Below are positions 38,609-52,395 of a DNA stretch of 64,000 nucleotides, in pieces. Source of the stretch: Octopus sinensis (Eukaryota); assembly GCF_006345805.1 (NCBI RefSeq), contig NC_043026.1:868001-932000 (forward strand), in the 5' to 3' direction. The notes under the pieces were generated by a model that saw nothing but the letters and a program-made list of their open reading frames with translations, did not search any database and was not told the DNA's origin. Position numbers and translations under genes: made by a program. Within the stretch, counting starts at the first letter, position 1. The number at the start of each line of letters is the position of its first letter.

Positions 38609-40105
38609 AATAAAAATAATAATAGTAATTAGAATAACAATGGTTTCTGATTAAGATACAAAGCCAGAAATTCCAAGGGATAAGGAAGGAATCAATTCCA
38701 TAAATCTCAGTCCTTAATTAAAGCTTAATTGACCCTGCGAGGAGATAATAGGTTAATGTTCCCTGCTATTCTTGATGTAGTTGTAATTATTTTGTCGTTT
38801 AACCCTAGGATAAACCTTATCTACCAGGTATAGGATTTGGTCAGAGGCATTCCATTCATGACCATCCTGTTTTGTTTTAGGCATATGTAGGTCTGCATCA
38901 GCATCATTGAATGTTTCCTTCCCTCGAGTTAAACGACGGATTGTGATCCGAGTGAGATTCAGCTGCTATTTCTAGCCGATCGATTGACCATGCACAGGCT
39001 TCCTCACTGGATTCATCACAATTGCTGTCCGTCTGCCTGAGGAAATCCACACAACTCGATCAACAGATCAATACGCTATGATTGTTTCAATGACACTCAG
39101 TGTTGAGATCAATACTTTTCCAGTGTAAATCCATTGTTTTATGTCTGGGGGAATCCACACATCAGATTCAACAGATCCAGTGCTTTTAATAGCTTTGTTT
39201 TCAAGAAAATCCCCATCACTGGACCAACAGATTTATTATCATATGTGATGGTGTTCTTTGTGCCATGCCAATGACATAACGACCCCCACCCTCTCACAGC
39301 ACGAGGAAGTAAGAATTAAGAAGATTTAAGGAATCAAGAAGAAATTACAGTTTTCTACACGGAAGAAAAATAACGTTTCAGTGTGCGGGCCAGGCTGTGA
39401 GTTAGAAATATATATATATATCTATATATCTATATATATATAATATAATATCATTATCATTATCATCATTGTCATTGTTCTTGGGCAAGTGTCTTTTACT
39501 ATAGCCTCGGGCTGACCAAAGCCTTGTGAGTGGATTTGGTAGATGGAAACTGAAAGAAGCCCGTCGTATGTGTGTGTGTGTTTGTCCCCGTATCATCGCT
39601 TGACAACCAACGCTGGTGTGTTTACGTCCCTGTAACTTAGCGGTTCGGCAAAAAGAGACCGATAGAATAAGTACTAGGCTTACAAAGAATAAGTCCAGGG
39701 GAGGGTCGATGTGCTCGGCTAAAGGCGGTGCTGCAGCATGGCCACAGCCAAATGACTGAAACAGGTAAAAGAGTAAAGAGTAGTAGTAGTAGCAGTAGTA
39801 GTAGTAGTGGTAGTAGTTGCAGTGGTAGTAGTTGCAGTGGTGCTGCTGCAGTAGTGGCAGCAGTGTTATGATTGATGGGATGCACATCTGCGTCTATCTT
39901 CGCTATTCAAGTTCCATTTGGAGAGGATTATAATTTCAGCTGTCCTAGATTTGTTGCTAGCTTTCGCTGCAACACTAAGTGCAGCTCTTTTCACAACATG
40001 ATGGTGATGATGATGATGATGATCACAGTGTTTACTGCCAATCACTATACTATACATATATATATATATACATATATACATATATATATATACATATATA
40101 CATAT

Positions 40106-40136
<31 letters not shown>

Positions 40137-40261
40137 CATATATACATATTATATATATACATATATACATATACATAATACATACACATATATATATATA
40201 TAATACAATATACATATATATATTATATTATTAATATATATATAATATATATATATATATA

Positions 40262-40770
40262 CTAGCAGTATCGCCCGGCGTTGCTCGGGTTGTAAGGGAA
40301 TAAACTATATAAGCATTTTAGAGAGTTACTTCCCTTATAGATGCCAATTCGGGCTTTCTTAGCCATTTCTGTTTTGGTGTCTTCAAGCCATGAAGTTGTG
40401 GTCTAAAAGAACGCTGGTCTCCTTGACAACGCTTTACGACGTTGATTTCCTTACACTCCCTTCCCCACAGCTTCACGAGGGAGGGAAGAAGGGGGAGAAG
40501 CAAACAGGTGCAGGTGTGACCATGGACGCCAACTCCGCCGCCATCGACACACGAAAAATTATGCATTAAAATGGAATAAAAAATGATGTTAAAATTTTTA
40601 AAATCGTAGACTCATCGTAGACGCGCGCTATACTCAGACGGGCTCGATATGAATCACGACTATAAGATACCCGAATTTGGTTAAACTGCACCGCAAAATG
40701 TGGGAGTAGTTAGGAATCTAAATCGAAGGGGACAGACACTCACACAACTACAGTTTTATATATATATAGA
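40262..40770 (-). mobile_element. Non-autonomous Helitron
   Basis: Reverse complement of 1726-2228 with A|CTAG and GA|T ends. Confidence 0.88.
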
Positions 40771-40774
40771 TATA

Positions 40775-41316
40775 CAGGGTGTCCCCAAAAAATGTATACA
40801 TTGCTGTAACAGTCTGTCATGCCAAGCATTTAGAGAGGACTTTGAAGAAAGGAGAAGAGTTTTATTCCAGCAAGATGGAGCACCTCCACACTACCATCGC
40901 GATGTTAGATCCTTTCGTGATGGGGATCTTGCCAAACAGGTGGATTGGACGGAGAGGTTTTGTTGAATACCTCCACGTTCACCAGACCTCACACCACTAG
41001 ACTTCTTTTCATGGGGATACCTAAAGGACAAAGTCTACGCACAGAAACCTGCAACAGTCGTTCAATTGAGGGCAACCATTGAACATGAATGTACGAATAT
41101 CCCAAGAGAATTGTTCCATGATGTGTGCCATTCCATCGCTTTGCGTTGTGTCAGCAGTGTCTGGATCAGAACGGACATCAGTTTGAGAACATGCGAACAA
41201 GACAATAGAATTGATATTTGTAAATTCTTTTACATGTTGAGAAAATTATTCGAATTATAATAAACCCCAAATTTACAATTATTTAAGGTGTGTATACATT
41301 TTTTTGGGACACCCTG
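40775..41316 (+). mobile_element. Internally deleted DD41D (rosa-type) Tc1/mariner element
   Basis: TIRs CAGGGTGTCCC..AAAAATGTATACA at both ends, TA on the left. Remnant FQQDGAPPHY...RWIGRRG...PRSPDLTPLDFFSWGYLKDKVY has about 41 aa between D2 and D3 after correcting frameshifts. Confidence 0.85.
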
Positions 41317-41341
41317 TTATATATATATATATATATATATG

Positions 41342-41720
41342 CATCATCATCATCATCATCATTGTTTAACATCCGTTTTCCATACTGCCATGGGTTGGAT
41401 GGTTCAACTGGGGTCTGGGAAGCCAGAAGGCTGCACCAGGCCCCAGTCTGATCTGGCAATGTTTCTATGGCTGGATGCCCTTCCTAACGCCAACCACTCC
41501 GTGAGTGTAGTGGGTGCTTTTTACATGCCACCGGCACAGGTGCCAGACGAGGCTGGCAAACGGTCACGATCGGATGGCGCTTTTTCCGTGCCACCGGCAC
41601 GGAGGCCAGGCGAGTCTGGCAACGGCCACGATCGGATGGTGCTTTTTACGTGCCATTGGCATGGAGGCCAGGGGAGGCTGGCAACGGCCACAATCAGATG
41701 GTACTTTTTACGTGCCACCG
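41342..41720 (-). mobile_element. RTE-tailed SINE
   Basis: Family tail and internal repeats. Confidence 0.8.
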
Positions 41721-42056
41721 ATATTCAGGTCACGATTGTAAAATCTTGAGTTCAATTCCTGGCAAGACACTTCATTTCACCTTGCTCCATTTCACCCACT
41801 TGGCAAAAATGAGCAGGCCCTCTATTTGACAGGACCAGTTTTCTCACATTCTTTGTCTCGCTGAATCTCCCTGAGAATTACACCAAGCACTTGCATGTCT
41901 GTGGAGCGCTCAGCCACTTGCACATGAATTTCATGAGAGGGCTGTCCTCTTTATTGAATCAGCTGGAACCTTCATCATTGTAACCATACAAACCAGGAAC
42001 CAATAAATGTAGCAAATATTTAGAAGAATTTTACCTAATTTTTACATCTAAGGGTA

Positions 42057-42425
42057 ATAGAATCTCTACGGCCCCTTACATCTGTCCTTCTGCAACGGTG
42101 CTTGCAGTGATTTGGCCATGCATGTAGGTGTCCAGTGGGTGAACTGAGCCGTGATGTCCTTCTCTCAACCCCATTTCCCAACTGGTGGAAACACGCGGGC
42201 GGGCAGATGAAGACCTGGGCTATGACAATCAAGGAGGACCTCTCCATGCTCACGGGTCCGCAGGTGGTCAGCCTGCGCTGATGGAACCGTGACAGGCTCA
42301 CTATCTCCAGTGAACTGGCGCAGGACCGTCATGCATGGGCTGCCATGGTTCGAGATGCCTCGAGGGTGGTAGAAGAAGCCGACTCAACCCACCCAGGGTG
42401 AATGTTGCCACAAGTACAAGTAAGT
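42057..42425 (+). mobile_element. 5'-truncated RTE-clade LINE of a second family with (CAAGTA)n tail
   Basis: FGHACR...GGQMKTWAMTIKEDL...LAQDRHAWAAMVRD. Tail CAAGTACAAGTAAGT; 11-bp TSD ATCTAAGGGTA at 42046 and 42426. Confidence 0.8.
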
Positions 42426-42941
42426 ATCTAAGGGTAGTATAATAAAATGTAGACAGAAACAAGCTTTAAGACATTTGCATATGAGGAAATTTACCTTTGC
42501 ATAATATAAATGAGTAATAAACATTTAAAAAAAATACTCCCTAAGTGGCCCCTGATGCCAGGACCCTCTGACTGGCCCAATACCAGTACTGCCTGACTGG
42601 CCCCCATGCCGATGGCACATAAAAAGCACTATCCAGATGGGATCGATGCCAGGCCCACCTGACTGGCTCCTGTGCTGGTGGCACCTAAAAAGCACTGACT
42701 ACACACTCGGAGTGGTTGGCATTAGGAAGGGCATTGAGCTGTAGAAACATTGTCTGATCAGATTGGAGCCTCGTGTAGCAACTGGCTCTCCAGACCTCAG
42801 TCAAACCGTCCAACCCATGCAAGAAAGGAAAACAGACGTTAAATGATGACAATGATGATGATGATGAACCATAAACAACGACGACGACGATGATGATGAT
42901 TATGATGATTACAATAATATGTATTATAATATGTATGTGTG

Positions 42942-42996
<55 letters not shown>

Positions 42997-43251
42997 CCAA
43001 ATGTATAAAAGTAGCACATATTTTGGACATGTTATACCACTTCGTTCTGCTTACACAAATAACTACATAACAGATACATACATTCACATGCAGAGAGACT
43101 GAAGATATCACCACACAACAGGTGATATCTAGTTGTATAGCTGCCAGAAAAGAATAGAACAATGGCATAAATAAGTTACTCATATTTTTGCAAGGCAGTC
43201 ATTGTGTTTTCAATATCTAGACTACTGAAGACTTACACTCACATTAATATA

Positions 43252-43326
<75 letters not shown>

Positions 43327-44004
43327 ATGTATATAATATATAATATATATATATAATATATATATATATACACATATATATGTATATGTATATATATTAC
43401 ATATAATATACATATATATTTGTATATATATAGTATATATATATATATATATTATTTAGTTATATTTACATACATACATATCCTTATATGGTGTTGTACA
43501 GAGATGCCCTTATATATAAATGCCTGATCACACACACCACACACACACACACATATATATATATACACATACATATACATACACACACACATAAACTTAT
43601 GCACTGATGAGTCTGTAGATATATATATATATGTATGTATGTATGGTATGTATGTATGTATATATGATGTATATATGATGTATATACAATACATATATGT
43701 ATATATATGTAATATATACAATATATATAACATATATATATATATATGGATAAGGTGGCAAGCTGGCAGAAACGTTAGCACGCCGGGTGAAATGCTTAGC
43801 GCTATTTCGTCAGTCTTATGTCCTGTGTTCAAATTCTACCAAGGTGGACTTTGCCTTTCATCCTTTCAGGGTCAATAAATTAAGTGCCAGTTGTGTACTG
43901 GGGTTAACCTAATCGACTCGCCCCTCCCCCAAAATTTCAGGCCTTGTGCCTAAAGTAGAAAAGGATATATATACATGTATGTATATATAAATATATATAT
44001 ATAT

Positions 44005-44250
44005 ATTGTATAAGTTCAGCAAAAATTTAGATTCAAATGAATATGGTACTTAATTTAGATGCACCAGAATTTTGAATGATGTTATCCATAAAAATCCATG
44101 GGGTGATTATAATCAAAATAAGCAACAAGGGTGACTCCGGTAATTTGGTACGATCGTTTCGTACTACATCATTTTATTAAATGTTGTAATTATTACAACA
44201 GATTTAAGATGCTGGGAACTCATCAGCCAATTATAGAGGTTTTCCATTAT
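44005..44250 (-). mobile_element. Penelope-like fragment in a (TA)n tract carrying a hammerhead
   Basis: TA-flanked and homologous to 34735-34855. Confidence 0.7.
44141..44233 (-). ncRNA. Type I hammerhead ribozyme with complete core and extended stem II
   Basis: TAA TTGG CTGATGA GTTC..CATC TTAAAT cTGTTGTAAT a ATTACAACA TTTAA..GATG..GTAC GAAA CGA TCG TA CCAA a TTA. All core nucleotides present; predicted cleavage between 44149 and 44148. Confidence 0.85.
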
Positions 44251-44490
44251 ATATATTGTATAATGTATACAATAAATATATATATATATATATATACACA
44301 TACATAATATGCAATACATATACACACACACACACACATATATATACATGTATTTATATATATACACATAAATATATACATAGATGAATGAAGTGTGTAG
44401 ATATGTTGCTATGTATATATATTATATGCAATACACACACACACACACACACACATCTACTTATCCTTTTTAATACATATCAGCAACAGA

Positions 44491-45695
44491 TCATCATCAT
44501 CATCATCATCATCATTTAGCGTCCGTTTTCCATGCTAGCATGGTTGGACGGTTCAACTGGGGTCTGGGAGCCCGAAGGCTGCACCAGGCCAGTCATCTGG
44601 CAGTGTTTCTACAGCTGGATGCCCTTCCTAACGCCAACCACTCCGAGAGTGTAGTGGGTGATTTTATGTGCCACCGACACAGGTGCCAGACGAGGCTGGC
44701 GAAGGCCACGCTCGGATGGGGTTTTTATGTGCCACCGACACAGGTGCCAGACGAGGCTGGCAGACGGCCACGCTCGGATGGTGTTTTTATGTGCCACCGA
44801 CACCAGGTGCCAGATGAGGCTGGCGGACGGCCACGATCGGATGGTGTTTGTTACGTCCCCAAAGCACGGAGGCCAGTCTATGCGGTACTGGCTACGGCCA
44901 CGTTCGGATGATTTTCTTGTGTGCCACCGGACTGGTACCACAAATAATACAAATTCCATTGATGTTCATCTATTTTGATTTGTTTTGATTTGATTTGATT
45001 TTCACTTGCCTCAACAGGTCTTCAAAGTGTCACAAGAAGGAAGGTATGCACAGGTGGACTGACTACGTCCCAGTAGGGCCACGGTTATGGCCTGACTAGT
45101 CTTGCCGGGTCTTCGATGGTGTTTTTATGTGCCACCGACCAGGTGCCAGATGAGGCTGGCGAACGGCCACGATCGATGGTGTTTGTTGCGTGCCCACAGC
45201 ACGGAGGCCAGTCGACGCGGTACTGGCTACGGCCACGTTCGGATGGTTTTCTGTGTGCCACCGGCACTGGTACCACAAAGATACAAATTCCATTGATGTT
45301 CATCTATTTTGATCTGATTTGATTTGATTTTCACTTGCCTCAACAGGTCTTCAAGGTCTTCACAAGTGTCACAAGAAGGAAGGAAGGTATGCACAGGTGG
45401 ACTGACTACGTCCCAAGTAGGGGCCACGGGTTATGGCCTGATATTCTTGCCGGTCTTCGGTTGGTGTTTTTATGTGCCACCGACACAGGTGCCAGATGAG
45501 GCTGGCGGACGGCCACGATCGGATGGTGTTTGTTATGTGCCCACATCACAGAGGCCAGTCGATGCTGTACTGGCTACGGCCACGTTCGGATGGTTTTCTT
45601 GTGTGCCACCGGTACTGGTACCACAAAGATACAAATTCCATTGATGTTCATCTATTTTGATTTGGTTTGATTTGATTTGATTTGATTTTGATTTT
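44491..45695 (-). mobile_element. RTE-tailed SINE/3' UTR with ~350-bp tandem triplication
   Basis: ATACAAATTCCATTGATGTTCATCTATTTTGAT recurs at about 44947, 45281 and 45629. Confidence 0.85.
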
Positions 45696-46054
45696 GATAT
45701 AAATATATAAATATTAACCAAAAATATGATATTTCTCAAACATTTAGAAAATGTCTCTTGGCACCTTCTACTCTCAGAAATGCAGAGAACCAAAGGAATG
45801 AATGGTAGCTCCATTTTGGATCAAGCACTTGTCTATGCTGGCATTCTCTGATATAAGGAATTTTCCTCACGTAACACTAGAATGTATGATGTTGATAGAT
45901 AGATAGAAAGAGAGGTAGATAGGTATAAAAATAAAGGGTCCCCTCTCCACCCTTCGGTCATGAATGACTATGGGATTGCATCTAGAAGGTTCCCCTGTGG
46001 GGCACAAATCCATGCAAGGTTGTTTATGGAAAACCAGTAGTCACCCATGCATAC

Positions 46055-46285
46055 CTATTTCTTTATTACCCACAAGGGGCTAAACACAGAGGGGACAAAC
46101 AAGGACAGACATAGGTATTAAGTCGATTACATCGACCCCAGTGCGTAACTGGTACTTAATTTATCGACCCCGAAAGGATGAAAGGTAAAGTCAACCTCGG
46201 CAGAATTTGAACTCACAACGTAACGCAGATGAAATACCGCTAAGCATTTCGCCCGGCGTGCTAACGTTTCTGCCAGCTCGCCGCC
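46055..46285 (-). mobile_element. SINE family B
   Basis: Reverse complement of the family B consensus. Confidence 0.85.
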
Positions 46286-46407
46286 TTGAATGAACTGGAG
46301 CAACGTGAAATAGAGTGTCTTGCTCAAGGACACAACACACAGCCCGGTCTGGGATTCGAACTCACAACCTCATGATTGTGAGCCTGATGTTCTAACTACT
46401 CTAACTA

Positions 46408-46517
46408 CAGTGGCGAACTGGGTCTAAAAATATTGGTTGCCAGAAGAGTATGGGGGCCCACCCACAACTACAAGAGGGGCCACCCACAACTACAAGAGGG
46501 GCCATCCTCAACTACAA
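46408..46517 (+). repeat. hAT-like end with three ~21-bp tandem repeats
   Basis: CAGTGGCGAACTGGG start; GGGGCCACCCACAACTACAAGA occurs about three times. Confidence 0.55.
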
Positions 46518-46919
46518 TGCTATCATTTAATTATGTTTTTTGCGTAAAGTATTCTTTTCAACTGTCTACAAACACAGCCAGGCTGAAATAATTGGTGCAT
46601 TCTTCCAGGAGTGAATAAAAGATTCTCAGACTTGCATATGCATAATTGTGTAGGTATGTATCTATTCAATTGTGTACGCACACACACACACACACACAAT
46701 GGCCCCACCCCACCACACACACACATAAACATACAGATATAGGTATAGATATTCGAGAGGCTTCTCCCAGTTTCCGTCTACCAAATCCACTCACAAGGCT
46801 TTGGTCAGCCCAAGGATATAGTAGAAGACAATTGCCCAAGGTGCCATGCAGTGGGACTGAACCCGGAACCATGTGGTTGGGAAGCAAGCTTTTTTACCAC
46901 ACAGCCACACCTGTGTCTC

Positions 46920-46950
<31 letters not shown>

Positions 46951-47395
46951 GTGTGTATATATACACATATATGCATATTCATAATTGTGTAGGTATGTCT
47001 TCAATTCAACTGTGTACACACACACACACACACACCCTGCCACACACACACCCACACACACACACACACACCCTGCCACACACACACGCCCTCACGCCCC
47101 CCACACACACGCCCACCCACCCACACACACACACACATATAAACATATAGATATAGGTATAGATATTCGAGAGGATTCTCCCAGTTTCCGTCTACCAAAT
47201 CCACTCACAAGGCTTTGGTCAGCCCGAGGATATAGTAGAAGATACTTGCCCAAGATGCCACGCAGTGGGACTGAACCCGGAACCATGTGGTTGGGAAGCA
47301 AGCTTTTTTACCACACAGCCACACCTGTGTCTCATATATATGTATATATATATGTGTGTGTATATATACACATATATGCATATTCATAATTGTGT

Positions 47396-47495
47396 NNNNN
47401 NNNNNNNNNNNNNNNNNNNNNNNNNNNNNNNNNNNNNNNNNNNNNNNNNNNNNNNNNNNNNNNNNNNNNNNNNNNNNNNNNNNNNNNNNNNNNNN
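47396..47495. other. Assembly gap (100 N)
   Basis: Run of N. Confidence 1.
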
Positions 47496-47638
47496 CTGAA
47501 ACTGCACTGGTTGTCTGGCCTCCATAGCTGATGAGAGGACACCCATGTTGCTTTGTTTTTCATTCTTTTTCTCCTAATTGTATTCCTGCTCCATTTTGAG
47601 TTTAAATATATACATATATATACATATATGTGTGTGTG

Positions 47639-47675
<37 letters not shown>

Positions 47676-47692
47676 GTCTGTCTATCTATCTA

Positions 47693-47727
<35 letters not shown>

Positions 47728-47774
47728 GTCTATCTATCTATCTATCTGTCTATCTGTCTGTCTGTCTATCATCA

Positions 47775-47816
<42 letters not shown>

Positions 47817-48795
47817 ATCTACACACACATACTAGTGCTCTGTTGGATTTGAGTACGTGTGCACCAGTTGAAGTATATATCTTTTTCTACTCTCGGCACA
47901 AGGCCCGAAATTTGTGGGGACGGGACCAGTCGATTAGATCAACCCCAGTACACAACTGGTACTTAATTTATCAACCCCAAAGTCGACCTCGGTGGAATTT
48001 GAACTCGGAATGTAAAGAGAGATGAAATACTGCTAAGCATTATTTCACCCGGCATGCTAACGTTTCTGCTAGCTTGCCGCCTTAGTTACCTGCACTTCAT
48101 AGATGCTTGTGTCATTATTTACACTACAGAGGGCACTGCCATTCTATGTTTCATGGATCAGCTGCAATAAATAGTCAAAACTATTTATATTTGTTTAGTG
48201 AGGTTGTAATGTGTAGGCTGGGATGGGACGGGTGGGGGAAGAGCAAAAGAGGAAGTGTTAAACGTGAGGAGGTCAAAACTGTGGGAGATAGATACGGTGT
48301 GAGGGATCGGGGGAAACGTGAGTGGAAAGGTTGTGTGTGCAGGGATATATGTGCAGACGTGTGTGAGAGAGAAAGAGAAAAAAAAAACAAAATCTGTTTG
48401 CCATCTTTGTTTCATTTTGAGCAAAGGTCAAGATATATAAGGTTTTGCATGTGTGTGTGTACAATATATTATATTATATATATATATATATATAATATAT
48501 GTATGTATGTATATATATGTATATATATATACACACAAACACATAGATATACACATATATACAAACATATGTGTGAATGTACAAATATATTCATATATAT
48601 ATGTGTACACTCTCTCCCCTACATATATAGGCATATATACATAAATATAATCATATATATACACATACATATACATATTCTATATACACATATATATATG
48701 TACATATATATATACATATATATATGTATACATATATATACATATGTATATATATATATGTAGATATATATATATGATACATATATATACATATG

Positions 48796-48835
<40 letters not shown>

Positions 48836-48963
48836 TATGTAATATATATATATATATATAAATAATATATATGCATACATACTTATGTTATTTGTGTGTA
48901 TAATATAATGTTTGTTCATTTACAGAGACAAAAATATGGTATGATAAAATATATTTATACATA

Positions 48964-49000
<37 letters not shown>

Positions 49001-50010
49001 ACATATATATGTATATATATACACAAATATATATGTATATATATATAGATATATATATATATATATCTATACACACCACACACACACCACACAATATACA
49101 TATATATACAGATATATATATATATAATACATAGATATACACATATATATACACACATATATATATAATATATATATGCATAAATACAGTTATTCAGACA
49201 TCATTTTGTAAGCATTCATCAGACAACAAACTTGACCAAACTCAAACACCAATAAACGGTAGAAAAAAAAAGAAAATATATATATATATATAAATAAAAA
49301 TTTTCTGAAAATTTCAATTTGATATGTAAATGAGGTAAAGACAATTATTAATTAATAAATAATTAATAAATAAAAAAGAAATATAAGCCCTCTTCCATAT
49401 AGTGCTAAGAAAATTGGAAAAAAGTATAAAATAGGTGTATACAGGTAAAATGGCTGAAAGAGGAGAGCGTGGAAAGTAAAGAGAAAAAAAGAGAAAGGGT
49501 GAGGAGAGAAGGAGAGTTGAAAAGAAAAGAAAGGAGGGAGGAGGAGGAGAGCCTTGAAATATATAATGAAATTCGGAGAAAATAATGCAATTGCCATAAC
49601 TGAATAACACACACACACACACACACACATTATTTATACATACATATATGAATGTTTATATATATGTGTGTGTGTGTATATATATATGTATAGTGTGTAT
49701 ATATATATATATATATATACATAACATATATATATATATATGCATATATATATATGTATATATATATATGTATATATAGATACTATATATGCATACATAT
49801 ACATATACTATATATATATGTGTGTACACATATATATACATGAATATATAAATATATATACATATATATATAAATATATATATATGATATATATATTATA
49901 TCTATACATACACACACATATATATATGCACATATATATATAACATTTATACATGTTATGTATATTATGTTATATATATAAAATATATATATATAATATA
50001 CATACATACA

Positions 50011-50063
<53 letters not shown>

Positions 50064-50277
50064 TCACCACACACATATATATACACACATATAGCTATAT
50101 ATGTGTGTGGTGTGCATGTGTATATTTATATAGATATATATATTGATAATATATAATATAATAAAATATTATATGTGTGTATATATATATATACACACAA
50201 CACACACACAATATATATATCTTATACATGAATATCATATACGTTCATCAATATAGTATACATATTATGTAGTCACA

Positions 50278-50341
<64 letters not shown>

Positions 50342-50581
50342 TATAATATATATATATTATATATATATATATATTAAATGCCATATGTTGATAATAATGA
50401 AAGAAAAGAAAGGTGGTTGCATAGATGCTGCTGAAGAACAATCAGAAGAAGAATAAGAAGAAGAAGAAGAGGAACAAGAAGAAGATTAAGAACAACAAGA
50501 AGAAGAAGAAGAGCAAGAACAAGATAAGAACAAGAGCAAAGAAGATCAATACCAATAATAATAATAATAATAATAGTAATA

Positions 50582-50616
<35 letters not shown>

Positions 50617-50764
50617 GAGAGCAGGTTTCAATAAAAGAGAACTTGTGAGTGGTGCAGATTGAGACAATTTATTGGAAGACTCACTCTTCGGCCAGATGAC
50701 GTTTTGTGAACAGCCTGAAAATAAGAACAACAATTTGCAACGGTCAAACATGGCAGCCATCACT

Positions 50765-50807
<43 letters not shown>

Positions 50808-50808
50808 A

Positions 50809-50853
<45 letters not shown>

Positions 50854-50924
50854 CAGTAGTAATAGTAGTAGCAAGTAGTAGTAGTAGTAGTAGTAGAATT
50901 AGTAGTGGTAGTATAGTAGTAGTG

Positions 50925-50971
<47 letters not shown>

Positions 50972-51634
50972 GGTGGTGGTAGTGGTGGTGGTGGTAGCAG
51001 CGGTATGGTTCCTCGGCTAGCCTTTAGCCACGTGTCAATATCGCTGTATAACCCCCTGGTCGGCTCTGATCCACCACTCGCCTGGCATGCAGCCTGTTGG
51101 CCGACCGGGGCGGATGGGGTGGGGTGGGGTGGGGCATAAACCTCTAACTGCAAGACCCCCACCCCCCGCAGGACCGATGTTCTGGTGGTTATATATATAT
51201 ATATATTACATCTGCCCCTTCCCCACACACACACCCGATAAATGACCCCGCACTCTAGCCCACTCTCACATGCAGCAGCGCTGAATGATATTGGGTTCCA
51301 AGGTAACAGACCCGACACAAAGTGACCCCGCTGACGTGCAACCGATTCTTGAACCGCGACGGTGGTTTGTTTGTTTTGTTTTTTTACATCATCTTTTATC
51401 TTTTACGTGTTTCAGTCATTAGGCTCTGGCCGTGCTGGGGCACCGCCTCGAAGAACCTTCAGGTGAATGAATTTTTTTTTTTCCAAAGCTTGATACTAAC
51501 TCTATCAGTCACTTTTTGCCAAACAGCTAGGTTAAAGGGACGTGAACACATGAACACTGATTGTGAAACAGTGGTGGTGGCGGTGGGGACAGACACAGGC
51601 ACAAACACATACATACACACACCACACACACAAC

Positions 51635-51930
51635 AGGATTCTTTCATCAAAAGCAACATGGTATCACTTCTGCATCTGTCCTATTCACCATATTTAACAC
51701 CTGTGGACTTTCATCTCTTCCCCTAGATAAAAAACACAGCTCAAATGTTGCCATTTTAACACCACTGTTGAGATCCAGAGTGAACTGCAGAAGTTCTTTG
51801 ACTCACTTATGGAAAACAACTTCCAGGCCCCGGATTCCAAAAGTGACAGGAATACTGGGAGGACAGGTGTATGACTGCACAAGGTAACTATTGCGGAGGA
51901 GATGGTGTTATAACTTGGGTAAATAAGTTA
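51635..51930 (+). mobile_element. Mariner (DD34D-type) transposase C-terminal remnant
   Basis: LLHLSYSPYLTPVDFHLFP*IK (degenerate YSPDLAP.DF.LF) ... DRCMTAQGNY. Confidence 0.75.
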
Positions 51931-52165
51931 CACCCTTATTAAGGTTCAACGCTGTTAACTATACATTTACCTCAATTAAAAGAAAAAAAACCTGGCTCAG
52001 TCACCACTCAAAAGGCATCAGCACAAACAATAAATAACCACATGTGTACATAGATATGAATAACTAAGTAAAGTAATGGCAGGTGTATGTTTGTGTACAA
52101 AAGCAGTGTCTAGTTTTTTTCAAATTTGAAAGTGTGTATGTAGGGCAATTTATGCGAGCTGGCAG

Positions 52166-52395
52166 GGCGGTGAGCTGGCAGAAACGTTAGCACGCCGGGC
52201 GAAATGCGTAGCCGTATTTCGTCTGCCGTTACGTTCTGAGTTCAAATTCCGCCGAGGTCGACTTTGCCTTTCATCCTTTCGGGGTCAATAAATTAAGTAC
52301 CAGTTACGCACTGGGGTCGATGTAATCGACTTAATACCTTTGTCTGTCCTTGTTTGTCCCCTCTGTGTTTAGCCCCTTGTGGGTAGTAAGAAAAT
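52166..52395 (+). mobile_element. SINE family B (further copies at about 43752, 52908, 59105, 60660, 60970, 61901, 63228)
   Basis: GGCGGTGAGCTGGCAGAAACGTTAG...GAGTTCAAATTCC (B-box-like)...GTCGACTTTGCCTTTCATCCTTTCGGGGTC. Confidence 0.88.

Noticed and set aside
46634-47395. ~340-420-bp tandem duplication next to the gap
   Set aside because: It abuts the N gap and may be haplotype or assembly redundancy; cannot be judged without reads.
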